A stretch of 64,000 bases of DNA from Rebecca billardiae RCC1528 (GCA_965240325.2 OZ251234.1:620001-684000), one strand, 5' to 3'. Shown: positions 1-11,137, numbered from the stretch's first letter. The notes: generated by a model not told the origin, from the letters alone. Translations and numbers: made by a program.

Positions 1-1
1 G

Positions 2-411
2 CCGCCGCTGCCGCCGTGCGCCTCGCACAGCACGCCGCCCCAGCGCAGCACGCGAGCGCTCGCGCGCCACGCGGCGGCAAGCCCCCCGCGCGCTCCGCCA
101 TCGCTGCGCGCGCACTCGCCGGCGGCGCGCGCCGCCGCGTCCGCAGCCACGCCTACGCCGCGCGGCGCGGCCGCAGCGCGCGCCTCGGCGACGGAGGCGG
201 CGGCGGACGAGGCGCCGAGCACGCCCAGCGCAGAAGGGTCGCTCAACTGGCGAGGCCAAGGCAGCTCGCGCGCGATGCCGTCGCGCGGTCACGGCGCGGC
301 TGGCGGCGCGCACAGCCCTTCGCCCAGGCGCGACGGCGGTGGCGGCGACGGCGGCAGTGGCGATGATGGCGGCGGCGGCGGCGGTGGCGGCGACGGCGGC
401 AGTGGCGATGA

Positions 412-450
<39 letters not shown>

Positions 451-651
451 TGGTGGCGACAGTGGCCGCTGCCGCCGGGCGCGCGTGGCGGGCCACGCGG
501 CGCGCGCGCGCGTCCCGGCGCCCACCGCCCGCCCCAGCCCCCTGCCGCCGCTGTACGCCGCGCCCTCCGCCGCCGCCTCGCCCGTGCCGCGCGTGCACCT
601 CGCCGGCCTTCTTGCTGAGCTCGAGGTGGCAGCGGAGGTGGCAGCGGAGGT

Positions 652-682
<31 letters not shown>

Positions 683-2764
683 GCCGAGGGCGCGGCGGCG
701 GCGGCGGCATGGGCGCGGCGCGCGTCCGCGGCCAGGCTGCTGCCGATCTCGCGGACACGCTCTGCGCCGAGCCTCGCGGCGGAGGCGCACGCCGAGTGGG
801 TGTGGGCAACGCAGCCGTGCGCGCCAGACTTGCGCCTGCCGTTGCCGCCGGACGCGCGCGCCGTCGAGCGCGCGCGGAGCGCGCCGCCCGCCCTCGCCGG
901 CGCCGCGCGCCGTCGCTCGGCCGCGGCCGCGGCCGCGGCCGCGCGCGCGCGGCGTAGCCACAGCCGCAGTCGCTCGGTCTCGCCCGCGCACGCCGGCTCG
1001 GCGAGCAGCACGCCGCCGCGCGCGCGCCTCGCGCGCACGCCGCCGCCGCCGCACGCCGCCGCCGCCGCGCACGGCGCGACGCTTCGGCGCAAGCTTGGCG
1101 GCGCACTCAGGCACTGGTCCCGCGTGCGCGCCGCGGCGCGTGCGTACCGCGCGCAGCTGCGGCGCGCGCTGCGGGCGTGGGGCCGACTGGCGCGCGGCGA
1201 GCCGCGGCCGCCGCTGCGGCTGAGCGGCGCGTCCCGCCTCTCCGCGCGGCGCCTCTCGGCGGGGCAACCACCGGCCGCGCCCGCGCTCGGCGCCTCGCCT
1301 CGCGGCGACGGCGGTCATCACGGCGACGGCCGCGCCGCGCGCGCCCGCGCCGCCGGCGGTGGCGGCGACCGATTCGGCGGCGGCGGGCTTGGCGGTGGCG
1401 GCGGCGAGGAGCAGCCGTTCCTGCTGGGGCACATCGCCCTGTACGGCTCGCCAGAGCGCGCCGCGCGCGGCGGGCGCGGCGGCAGAGGGGGGCGGCGCGC
1501 GCGCTCGCTCTCGCCGGCGCGCCGCCAGCTGAGCAGCGGCGCGCGCGCCGTGTCGCGCGCGCGCGCCGGCCGAGCGGGCGGAGGCGGCGGCGGTGGCAGC
1601 GGCCATCGCGTGGCCTGGGACGAGCGGGATGAGGGCTGGGCGGGCGGCGAGGGCGAAGCGCGGCGGGTGCGCTGGACGACGCGCGTGCCACGCGTGTGGG
1701 CGCGCACCCTCGCGCGCCGCGTGCTGCGCGGCTGGGCAGCGGCGGTGGCGCGCGCACGCGCGCGCGCGCGAGCCGCGCTCGCGCGCGCGCCGCGCACGCA
1801 CGCGCACGCCATGGCTGTGTGCGCGCTGCGCGCGCTCGCGGCACACGCGCGCGCGCGCGTGGACTGGCGCGTGGCGGCGCGCGGCGCGGGCGGCGCGGCG
1901 GCGCTCAGCGGCGCGCTGCACTCCAAAGCACGCGCCGTCAGCCTGCGCGCCGCGCGCGCCGCGGCGGCCCTAGCCCTCGAGGGCGCAGCCTCTGCCGTCC
2001 GCGGCGGCGCAGCCGTTGGCGCCAGTGCGCCCGGCGCCGGCACCGGCGGGCTCGGCGGCGGCGGCGCGGAGGGCCGCGTGCGCGCGTGCGTCGCGAGGCT
2101 GGAGCTGGTGCACGGCGCCGCCGGCCCGCGCACGCGCCCCGCGCTGTGGCCGAGCCCGCTGCTCAGCGCCGCGGAGCGCGCGCGCGCACACGCCGCCGCA
2201 TCCGTCGCAGCACAATGGGCCAGGCGCGCCGAGGCGCGCGCGCGCGCGCTCGGCGTGCCTGGCGCGCGTGGCGCGGCGCGCGTGGCGCGGCCGGCGCTCA
2301 AGGCCGCAGCTGGCGCGCGTGCGCGCGCCGAGCAGCCTGGTGGCTCTGCCACGGCCGAGGCCGACGGGGCGCGCCGGGGCGTGCCGCTCAGCGCGGCCAG
2401 CACCGCGCGCGCCGCCCCGCGCGCCGACCGCGGTGGCGCTGCGCTTGCGGTCGCGGCGTCCGCGCGCGCCGCTGCCCCCACGCTGCTTCGCGCGAGCACC
2501 GCTGACGAGCGCGCTCCGCCGAGCGGCCGGCACGTGCTGCCGGGCCACGGCGACCCGGAGCGGTTGGCCGTGCCGCTGCTCGGCCTGCACGGCGCGCCGA
2601 TGGCGACCCCCGTGATGGGCGCGGCGGCGGCCGCGTCACACTCTCACGGTCCCACCGCCACCCCACCGTCATCATTGATGACGGCAGTGGCACCATGTCC
2701 GTGGCCGATCTCGCTGCTCACGCACCGCGTCCGCGAGCAGGGCCGGCTGCTCACGACAGCATAG
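2..2764 (+). CDS. Low-complexity Ala/Arg/Gly-rich hypothetical protein, 5'-truncated by the window; possible Sfi1-like (centrin-binding) repeats
   Basis: The frame of ORF 275..2764 is open back to position 2. Repeated Trp-ended helical motifs (LRRALRAW, LARRVLRGW, GALRHW); GGC/poly-Gly tract at about 330-460. Confidence 0.5.
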
Positions 2765-2897
2765 TGCACTAACGACAGCACACCGGGTATACCACTGCTG
2801 ATACCCGCGTATTATGGCCCGCGGTGCAGGGCGGAGCGCGCAGCGTGGAGCCCGCACCAGCGGGCCCGAACCACGTTTCAAAAAGATCGATCTTTAT

Positions 2898-4073
2898 CAG
2901 GGGCTGGTGCTCGCAGCGAGGCACTCGCGGTGCGAGTGCGAGCAGGGCGCGAGCGCGAGTGCGAGCAGGGCACTCGCACTCGCGCTCGCAAGGCGCCGAT
3001 CCGGCCCAGCGGGCTTGCGAGTCAACTCGCAAAGGTACTCGCAAGGTGCGGTCTAGCGCGAGTATGCGAGTTGGCGCGAGCAGAAGTGCGAGTCCCTGGG
3101 CGGCCTCGTGACCGCCTGCACGGCAGGCGAGTCACAAAGCGTCAAAGCCTCGCTGCCCCCGCCCAGGGCGGCAAATGGCGAGCTCATCGGCGGCGCCGGT
3201 CGCTTCGGCGCCTGCGTCGGCGCCGGCTGCCGAGATCACCGTCTGGTCGCTGTCGAACCAGCGCGGGGTGATCGACCCGGCCTGGCTCGATCTGCCCCCC
3301 AACGGCAAAGGTGTCTCGCTCTTGTGGACGCACGTCCACCCCATCTCGCAAGCGGCGCCGACCGACTTCTCGTACGTTCAGGTGGGCAGTCAGTCGAGCA
3401 ACCCGAAGCTGTACACGCACGTGTGCGTCATGCCGGGATGCGGCCAGCGCTTCACGCTCCCCCTCGACAAGGTGCGCTCGAAGGGGGGCAAGTCGGTCTT
3501 CACGATCACAAACGCGGGCAACCACCTGAAGACGATGCACCCGCTGACCGAGTACAGCAAGAAGGCCTCCATCAAGGCGGACGAGGCAGCGCTGGGGGCG
3601 AAGCGGACCATGCAGCAGGTGGGCATGTCGGTGAGTATGCCCGTCGAGAAGCAGCTCAAGCAATCGGGCCTCCTCGCTGCGGGCTTCAAGAAGGTGTCGC
3701 GCGCCGACAAACAGCTGGCGACGCAGGCGCGGTGGCAGGGTGGTCAGGGCGGCGGGTCGGGTGTAAGGCATGCTCTAATAGGGCCAAATAGGGCCAAAAA
3801 ATTTCTTCGCCTCAGGCCGGCGGGGCCCCGGGGGAGGCCCCCCGGACCCCCCGCTGGGCGTGTCCGGGGGCTGCGCCCCCGGACACGTTGCCAGTTGGGA
3901 CTCGCACTTTGCGAGTTGGGACTCGCACTTTACTCGCACTCGCACTCGCAGCCGCCCATTCCGCCCAGTGGGCCTGCGAGTTCAACTCGCAGTGCACTCG
4001 CAAAGTCCCCTCAAAAGTGCGAGTGCGAGTTCACTCTACTCGCAGCCGCGGAAAGTGCGAGCGACGGTCCCTG
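2898..4073 (+). mobile_element. Internally deleted hAT DNA transposon
   Basis: 8-bp TSD ATCTTTAT (2890-2897 and 4074-4081); imperfect TIRs CAGGGgCtGgtGCTCGCA / CAGGGaCcGtcGCTCGCA (14/18); many subterminal CTCGCA/TGCGAG motifs; absent from the homologous site in A2 and A3. Confidence 0.9.
3175..3740 (+). pseudogene. N-terminal hAT transposase fragment with a BED zinc finger
   Basis: LLWTHVHP...HVCVMPGC...TITNAGNHLKTMHP matches the BED pattern (W..C..C..H...H). The frame then runs into the right terminal region; no DDE core. Confidence 0.75.
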
Positions 4074-6141
4074 ATCTTTATTGATCAAGAAAAAAGGGAC
4101 GGGGGGCGGCGGAAAAAAAGGGACGGGGGGCGATTTTTAGGGCTGGCGGAGACCGAGTTTCGAGTTTTTGAGATCGCATTGAGAGGTCTATCAGGCCAAA
4201 AAAAAGCGCGCCCAGCTGATTCCCTTAAGTAAAGTGCGATCTGGACGTCAGCTGGACGTGACATTAGTGTAACGGTTCGTTACGAGCGAATCGTACTCGT
4301 CTTCCCGGATCGCGTGACGTCCGGACTGGGCCACATCCGGATCGTCGGAGGTGACTCGTGCCCCGGCACGATGGGCGATGGCGGATATGCGGGACGGCGC
4401 CTGCACGTGCCTCCGGACCCGCCTCCCGCTTGCTGCTCACGCAGTCAGCTGCGACCGTGGCGCATGATCGCAGAAGCAGTGCCGGCAGTACGGCCTGCAT
4501 CAGCTAGTGCCGCGCCGTCGTGGCGCGCGCGGTACGGTTGCGCGTTTGCAGCGCTCGCCGCTCGCCGGCTCGGCGACGGCACGCGCGTGCGGCTCAGGTG
4601 TGTCAAATGCGGTCTCGTCGGCGCGCTTTCGCCTGCCACCTCGTGCACCCGTGCCGCCAGTTTCATCGTCTTCATGAGGACTGCTGCTGCTGTCGCCATC
4701 CGCTCTCCATCACCCCGAGTCGCCGGTCGCGCGGCGCGCGCGGTAGGCACTAGGCAGGGCGTACGGTCACTCACCCGTGCAACGGGTCAAGTGGCCAGAG
4801 TACGTCTGGTCGTTGGCTGGCACGGGCCGCAGCGCTAAAGCACCCTGCTGTCACACCCGACTCCTTCAATACTCCGAGCTCCGCGGCACGACTCACTCGG
4901 CACGATCGCGGACGGGTCGGATCCGAGCTGATCAGCCAGAGTTGGACACAGTTTGGCAGCTACTAGTAGTAATTCCGATGCCGATGGCACGATCGCGGAC
5001 GGGTCGGGTCCGAGCTGATCAGCCAGTTGGACATTTGGCAGCTAGTTGTCAGACGGACGTCCGATTTGACGACCGGTGCCGGGTGCGGTCTCAGGTCCGC
5101 TGCTGTGATTGTGTGAAGTGTGAATGAGTCTCGCGGTCGCGCAGGCAGGGCGACGGTCGGACTAATATATAGCTTCAGTCATCTCAGAACCGACTTCAAC
5201 TGGCGAACTGCCACTACGGCGGAGAGCCGCGATTGCACGGCCACCGCGGGCCCCCAACTGCGTTGATTCTATGCAGAAAAGGACCGCGGAACGCGGTCAT
5301 TCTGCTGCTCATCCTTACTGATGAGCTGCTGCTGCGCTGATATGTTGACGACGATGCGCGCGTAATGACCCGGTGACCGCGCCTGCGGCCCGCTGCGCCG
5401 GCAGGCCCGCGGCCGCGACGCGGGTGGGCCGCCCGGGCCCCGGCGGCGGCGGCCTGACTCGGGCGACAGGCCGCCGCCGTGACAGGCGGGGCCGCCGGGG
5501 CCGGGCCCGGGGCCGCCCGGCCGCCCGCGGCCGGCCGGCCGCCGGGGCTGCGGGGGGGCAGCGCCGCGGGGCCTCGCGCCTCGCTATCCGACCGGGACCG
5601 GCGGCGTCTCATCAGCAGTGACTGTCAGATATAGAGTAGTGATGAGAGACAGCTGAGACAGTCTAGGCTCCGTAGCGGACCGTAGCCGCTGCCCGGCTCG
5701 TCGCTCGTCTATGGTCATGGACTATGATGCTTCGGCTGAGACGTACGGCTCTGCTGAGCCTGAGCCGCCTGATATGTTATTGCGCATGCGCATCATCAGT
5801 CACTAGTGAATCAGTGCAGATCATCATGACGACCGATGATCATCAAACATCATCGGATATATATATCTGCTATATAACTGCTGCTGCTGCTGTAGTCGTC
5901 GTCGCTGCATGAACTGGCTAGCTGCTGCTGCCGGCACACCAAGCGCAGGCACCGTAGGCGTAAGATAAGGGCAGATCGAAGCCAGAAGGTCAAGGTGCCC
6001 GCAGTGAAGCGTGCATCATACCCGAAATAAGTCAGTGTCGCCGTGACCTGTGTCGAAAGCGGCGAAGCCACGAAGCCGCGCTCGGTCAAGGCCGTAGCTA
6101 CTGCCAAGCCCCAAGCACGACGTCGAAGCCGACCGCAGGCG

Positions 6142-7647
6142 TCAGTCGGCCGCCACCGCCGCGCCGTCGGCGTCGTCGCGTGGCCGCTTGACCCCGCTCG
6201 GCGCCCCAGCCGCGCCGTCGCGCGCGCCCGCCTCCCCGCCGTTCGCCGCGGCGGGCGCGCCGGCCGAGCCCGTCCACTGCACGTACGCGCCGCGCGCGCT
6301 GTCGTACCACCAGTACGTAGGCTGCGCGACGCTCGGGTCCCACGACAGCTGGCTCGCCGGGTCAAACAAGAAGCCCGTGCGCACGTTTCTGAACAGCCCC
6401 CCCTCCGCAGGCGCGTACTCGCCGCCCACCGCGCCGCCGCCGCCGTCGGCGGGCGCGAGGGCGGGCGCGAGCGGGCCCGACGCGCCGCCTTGGCCGCCGC
6501 GCGCCGCGCCGCCCAGCAGCTGCTCCCGGCTGCGCGAGTAGACGTCCACCTCGCCCGCATCCAGCAGGGTGGACGCGAGCTCGGTGAGCTGCTCGAAGCG
6601 CGCGCGCTCGTCGGCAGTGCGCGTGTCCGCGCGCGCGCCGTCCTCGCCGCCGCGCGCGCGGGCGCGGCCTCGGCCCGCGCCCCGCGCCGCCGCCGCCGCC
6701 GGCCTGCTCGGCGCGCCCAGCCTGCGCAGCGCCTGCAGCACCGTCTCGTCCGGCCCAAGGAGCACGGCGCACTGCGCGCACAGGGCTGGAACATCGGCCG
6801 AGCGCGCGCGCGCGTCCGCCTGCGCCTCGCGCTCGGCCTGCCGGCGCGCCGCCTCCGCCCTGCGCCGCGTCTTCTCCTCCGGCTCCTTCAGCTCGTCCAT
6901 CGACGCCAGCCACGCATCCGACACGGGCCCGTCGGCCTTGTCCAGCTCACCGTCCGCCTGCGCGCGCGCCGATCGGCGCACGGGGCGCGCGGCGCGGGGC
7001 GCGCGCGGCGGCCGCCGGGCGTGAGCGCGCGGCGCGGGCGGGATGCGCGCGGGCAGCGCACCCGAGCCGCGCCCACCCGCCCCACGCCCCACGCGCGCGC
7101 GCACCACGCGCACGCGGTTGGGCACGTAGTTGAAGTCCGAATCGAAATGGCCACCCTCGCGCTCCGCGTGCAAATTAAACGGCTCGATCTCGTAGCCCGC
7201 CTCCTTGCGGTCGAAGGAGAGGGCGGGCTCCTCGAAGCGCTCGGTCGAGGCGAAGTGGACGCCCTTGTCCTCCGCGCCGAGAGCGAAGCTCGACGAGCCG
7301 GCGCCGCCCTCGCCACCGGTGCTGGGCGCGGCGCCAGCGGCCGAGCCTGAGCCCGCGGCCGAACCCGCGCCGGCCGCAGTTGGACCGCGGCCGCGAGGCA
7401 CATAATCAGCGGGCGGCTCGGCAAAGCCGACGACACTGCGCGCAGTTGACGCGCGGATCGCCGCCGCGCGTGCGCGCCGATGGATCATCTGTGAGCACTC
7501 GCGCGCGTGCAGCGCACGCCGCGCGCATGCGCGCGGTCGCAAGCTAGGCGCTGCGCACCCTCTGCCGCGGCCGGGCACGTATCCCGGCGGCGCCTCGACG
7601 TTGAACTTGTCGGCGAGGTGCGCGAGAGACTTCTTCTTGTCGGCCAT
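6142..7647 (-). CDS. CD2BP2/Lin1 (U5-52K)-like spliceosomal protein with a PRP6-like N-terminal motif and a C-terminal OCRE-like domain; introns 7558-7436 and 7113-6958
   Basis: Motifs EIEPFNLHAEREGGHFDSDFNYV, DAWL, PDETVLQALRRL, FEQLTELASTLLDAGEVDVY; aromatic repeat GFLFDPASQLSWDP..YWWYDSARGAY. Two GT..AG introns (123 and 156 nt) remove non-conserved stretches. Confidence 0.8.
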   Translation of the reverse strand: MADKKKSLAHLADKFNVEAPPGYVPGRGRGCAAPSLRPRACARRALHARECSQMIHRRARAAAIRASTARSVVGFAEPPADYVPRGRGPTAAGAGSAAGSGSAAGAAPSTGGEGGAGSSSFALGAEDKGVHFASTERFEEPALSFDRKEAGYEIEPFNLHAEREGGHFDSDFNYVPNRVRVVRARVGRGAGGRGSGALPARIPPAPRAHARRPPRAPRAARPVRRSARAQADGELDKADGPVSDAWLASMDELKEPEEKTRRRAEAARRQAEREAQADARARSADVPALCAQCAVLLGPDETVLQALRRLGAPSRPAAAAARGAGRGRARARGGEDGARADTRTADERARFEQLTELASTLLDAGEVDVYSRSREQLLGGAARGGQGGASGPLAPALAPADGGGGAVGGEYAPAEGGLFRNVRTGFLFDPASQLSWDPSVAQPTYWWYDSARGAYVQWTGSAGAPAAANGGEAGARDGAAGAPSGVKRPRDDADGAAVAAD

Positions 7648-7743
7648 GACGCCCGCTGGCTGGCCGCACGCTCGCCGTCGGCGGCTGGAGCAACCGGAGC
7701 CAACCTCGCCTCGGCCGAGCCGGCAGCGGCCGAAGGCACCCTG

Positions 7744-10710
7744 ATGCTGTCTGCACCAGCGTGCCCGGCCGTCGCCATCATCACGTCGTGTCGCGCGGTG
7801 CTCGTCCTCGTAGCCGGCCTGCTTGCCGCCGTCAGTCGGGCGATGCCCGCGCGGCCAAGCGGCGTGGCCCTCATCGAGCACCTGCGTGCGCAGGCCGCGC
7901 CCCGTGCGGCGGCGAGGCTGTACGCCGCGAGCGCGTCGCTTCGGCGCGAGGTGCACGCGCACGACTCGGCGCTCGGCGCGCGGCTCGAGCGCGAGCTCGA
8001 GCTGGACTGGCCCGCGTCGACGGTGACCTCCGGGCCCACGGCACAGTTCCGCGTCGATCCCGCCCGCGTGCACCTCGTCGACGACGAGGCCTCCGTCCGC
8101 GCGCTCGGCCGCGCGGTGCAGGAGCTCGGCCGCGATGCGGACGTGGAGGCCCCAGCCGTCGCGCTCGACGCGGAGTGGCGGCCCGACTCGCTGCACTCGG
8201 GCGGCAGCGGCGTTGGGAGCAGCGGGCAGCAGAACTCGCCGAGCTTGCTCCAGCTCGCCCTCCCGGCCGACGTCTGGCTCATCGACCTGCAGCAGCTCGT
8301 TCGGCCGTCGGCACCGGGCGACGCCGGCGCGGCGCAAACAGACATCGAGCGTCTTCTCGACGAGGCGCTGTGCGGTGTGCTGCCTTCGGAGGGCGTGCGC
8401 GTGCTCGGCTTCTCGTTCCAGACGGACCTCGACCGGCTGCACGCCGCGTACGGCCGGCGCATGCGCTGCTTCCGCGCCGCGCGCGACGTGGTCGACATTC
8501 GTGACGCATGCGCAGCGGCGCTCGGCGGCGGCGCGGGCGGCGGCGCGGGCACGAGCGGCAGTCTCGCGGCACAGCTCGAGCGCTGGTGCGGGTACACGCT
8601 GGACAAGAGCGAGCAGTGCTCCGACTGGGCCGCGCGTCCGCTGCGGCCCGCCCAGATCGAGTACGCCGCCGCCGACGCCGCTTGCCTACGCGCGCTCGCG
8701 TCCGCGCTCGTCGCGGGCGCCGGCGCGCAGAGCGTCCGCGCGTGCGAGCGCGCGTTTCGACCGTCGGCGGAGGCGATGGCGGCGGCGGAGGCGGGGCAGG
8801 CCTCCCCCGTCGAGCGCGGCACGGCGGCGCTGGCCCTCGCCCCGGCCGCCGACGCCGAAGCCGGTGCGCAGCAGCTCGGCCCGAGCGCGCTGCGCGCTGT
8901 CCTGGCAGCTGCAGAGCAGGTGGCCGCTGCGGCGCCGCAGCCTGCGCAGCCAGGCGCAGGTAGCGCTAGGGACTCCGATTCGGCCGGTGTGCTTGAAGGG
9001 CCGCCGGTGTGCGGAGTGTACCCCGTCGAGCTCGTGCGCGACGCGATCCGCGCAGGGCGAGGCCTCCCGGCAGACGCCGCGCGCGTGTCGTCCGCCGAAG
9101 CACCCACCGCCGCCGCATCTCGGGAGAGCACGCCGCGGCCGGCGAGCGCCGGCGCGCCGCCGGCCGACTGCACGGCCGCTGCGCCCGGCCACGTCCGCTG
9201 GCGTGAGGTGAACGCGCTCTGCCTCCTCGTCGCGCGGCGCAAGCCCGAGGAGGCGACGGAGGACGCGGTGCTCGTGCTCACGCCGGCGAACGCGCGCCTC
9301 GACCTGCGCTGGCTCGCGTGCGTGCTCGGCGTGCCGCGGCGCGCGGTCCGGCTCGCGCGCGCCGCCGAGTGCGCTCCGCTGTTCGGTGCCTGGCCGGGCG
9401 CTGTGCCGCCACTCGCGCTGCGCGCCGGCGTGCGCGTGCTCGCGCATCCGGCGCTGGGCGCACGGGCGTCGGGCAGCGGCGATGGCGGGTGTAGCAGCGA
9501 CGACGGCAGCGTCGGCGGCAGCAGCCGCGATGGCGGCGACAGCAGCAGTGATGGCGGCGGCAGCAGTCGCAGCGACAGCAGCCGAGGCAGCAGCACCGCG
9601 CACGCCGTGCAGCCTGCTGCTCGCCTCCCGTCTGCCCGCAGCGGATTGGACGGAGATGGTGGCGGCGCGTGGGGCGGGGCTGATGCCACGCTCGAGTGCC
9701 TGTGGGCGTCCGCGGGGCACGGGAGTGTGCGGCTGGTGATCGCGCAGCCGCGGCGCACGCTCCCACGCCTGTGTGCTGCCGCTGCGGCACGCGCGCGCTC
9801 AGACGCCGAGGGAGCGGGTGCGGCCGCGCCGGCCTCCGCCGGCGCAGGCGACAGCGCGGACGTGTCCGGGGAGTCCGGAGCAGCTGGCGCAGAGGCAGCC
9901 CTGGTACACCATGCGCGCCCCTTCGCGTGGCTGCCGGACCCGCGCATCGCCGCGCTGCGCCTCGACGAGGCGATCTGCGGCTCGCGAGAGCACTACGCGC
10001 GCGGCGGCCGCTCGCGCCCGCGCGCGGGCGCGCCCCGTCCCGAGTACGGCACAGCGGAAGCCGGCGCGGCGCGCAGCGGAGCAGACGGCGGCCCGCCGCC
10101 GCCAGAGCTCGCGATCCGGCCCCTACGGATGACGCTCGAGCCCAGCCTCGCCGCGCTCGCGCGCAAGCTGCGCCTCGTCGGCGTGGACGCGGCGGTCGCC
10201 GGCGAGGTGGTGCGCGCCGACACGGCGGCCGACGGCTCGGCGTGGCGCGGGCTCGAGCGAGTCAGAGTCGAGGTGTCGGGCGTCGAGGCCGCGTTCAGGC
10301 GCGCCGCCGTGCGCGGCCGCGTGCGCGTGCACGCGCGCACGCGCGTCGCCGAGGGGCTCCCCGGCCCCGCGTACCGGCTGCTCGCCACCGACCCGGAGGC
10401 GCAGTTCGCCGAGCTGCTCGCCGTCTTTGGGCTGAGCCACGCGGTGCACGGCGGCGAGTCTCGGTGCGGCATCTGCAATGGCGACCGGTGGCGCCGGCTG
10501 AGCCCGCGCGAGGCGCGCGGCCGCGTGCCCGATGGCGTGCTCGCCGAGAACGACGACTTCTTCCAGTGCGGCGTGTGCAGCCAGATCTTCTGGCCCGGCC
10601 CGAAGTACACCTCGACGATGGACACGCTCAAGGCGGCCGTCGGGCGCGGCGGAGCCTCGGCAGCCACTGCTGGGCAGCGCACCACGACATCGTCATCAGG
10701 CTCCGGTTAA
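7744..10710 (+). CDS. MUT-7/EXD3-like protein: DEDDy 3'-5' exonuclease + YbaK/ProX-like domain + Mut7-C (PIN-like, Zn ribbon)
   Basis: ExoI VALDAEWRP; ExoII GFSFQTDL; ExoIII EQCSDWAARPLRPAQIEYAAADA; YbaK-like VRLARAAECAPLFGAWPGAVPPL..WASAG; Mut7-C LARKLRLVGVDA and RCGICNG..FFQCGVCSQIFWPG. Confidence 0.85.
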   Translation: MLSAPACPAVAIITSCRAVLVLVAGLLAAVSRAMPARPSGVALIEHLRAQAAPRAAARLYAASASLRREVHAHDSALGARLERELELDWPASTVTSGPTAQFRVDPARVHLVDDEASVRALGRAVQELGRDADVEAPAVALDAEWRPDSLHSGGSGVGSSGQQNSPSLLQLALPADVWLIDLQQLVRPSAPGDAGAAQTDIERLLDEALCGVLPSEGVRVLGFSFQTDLDRLHAAYGRRMRCFRAARDVVDIRDACAAALGGGAGGGAGTSGSLAAQLERWCGYTLDKSEQCSDWAARPLRPAQIEYAAADAACLRALASALVAGAGAQSVRACERAFRPSAEAMAAAEAGQASPVERGTAALALAPAADAEAGAQQLGPSALRAVLAAAEQVAAAAPQPAQPGAGSARDSDSAGVLEGPPVCGVYPVELVRDAIRAGRGLPADAARVSSAEAPTAAASRESTPRPASAGAPPADCTAAAPGHVRWREVNALCLLVARRKPEEATEDAVLVLTPANARLDLRWLACVLGVPRRAVRLARAAECAPLFGAWPGAVPPLALRAGVRVLAHPALGARASGSGDGGCSSDDGSVGGSSRDGGDSSSDGGGSSRSDSSRGSSTAHAVQPAARLPSARSGLDGDGGGAWGGADATLECLWASAGHGSVRLVIAQPRRTLPRLCAAAAARARSDAEGAGAAAPASAGAGDSADVSGESGAAGAEAALVHHARPFAWLPDPRIAALRLDEAICGSREHYARGGRSRPRAGAPRPEYGTAEAGAARSGADGGPPPPELAIRPLRMTLEPSLAALARKLRLVGVDAAVAGEVVRADTAADGSAWRGLERVRVEVSGVEAAFRRAAVRGRVRVHARTRVAEGLPGPAYRLLATDPEAQFAELLAVFGLSHAVHGGESRCGICNGDRWRRLSPREARGRVPDGVLAENDDFFQCGVCSQIFWPGPKYTSTMDTLKAAVGRGGASAATAGQRTTTSSSGSG

Positions 10711-10822
10711 CTCCTGCTCGCGGACCGTCGGACTCGCGGTCATCAACTAGGGAGTCGTCGCGCCTGACAGAGTCTGACGATTACTCGATGCTGATGACGA
10801 CAGCACTCTGAGTCTGATGAAT

Positions 10823-10893
10823 TGACCGCGTTCCGCGCCCGCGGTCCTTCTGTAAAACCAACGTAGCAGTTGGTCCGAGCCCGCGGTGCACCC
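10823..10893 (-). mobile_element. Solo, degenerate family-A 3' end
   Basis: Reverse complement reads GGGTGCACCGCGGGC...AGGACCGCGG[gcgcgg]AACGCGGTCA, i.e. the family-A end with small insertions. Confidence 0.75.
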
Positions 10894-11137
10894 TATGATG
10901 CTGTCTGACACTGAACAGTGACGACGTACCTATCGGTCGGAACACGGCGCGGCGTTATTCATCACGCCTCGCGGCGCCGTTGATGCCAACAGGCAACACC
11001 GCCAACTCCGACTCCGAGTCCGCGATAGAATTGCTGCGGTCATCTGTCCGCCGACCGGCGCCGGGCGGCGGCCGGTCGGGCGGCGGCCGGCCGCCGCGGG
11101 ACGATTCTGCGCCGCCTGAGGCTCACTGTGAGTCAAG

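Larger units (their letters stand above)
2814..5299 (+). mobile_element. Family-A non-autonomous Helentron/Helitron2-like element, copy A1 (contains a nested hAT)
   Basis: 5' end ATGGCCCGCGGTGCA (2814-2828); subterminal inverted copy CACCGCGGGCC (5242-5252); terminal hairpin GACCGCG-GAA-CGCGGTC (5282-5298). The 5' module is near-identical to those at 26954 and 51632. Confidence 0.75.
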
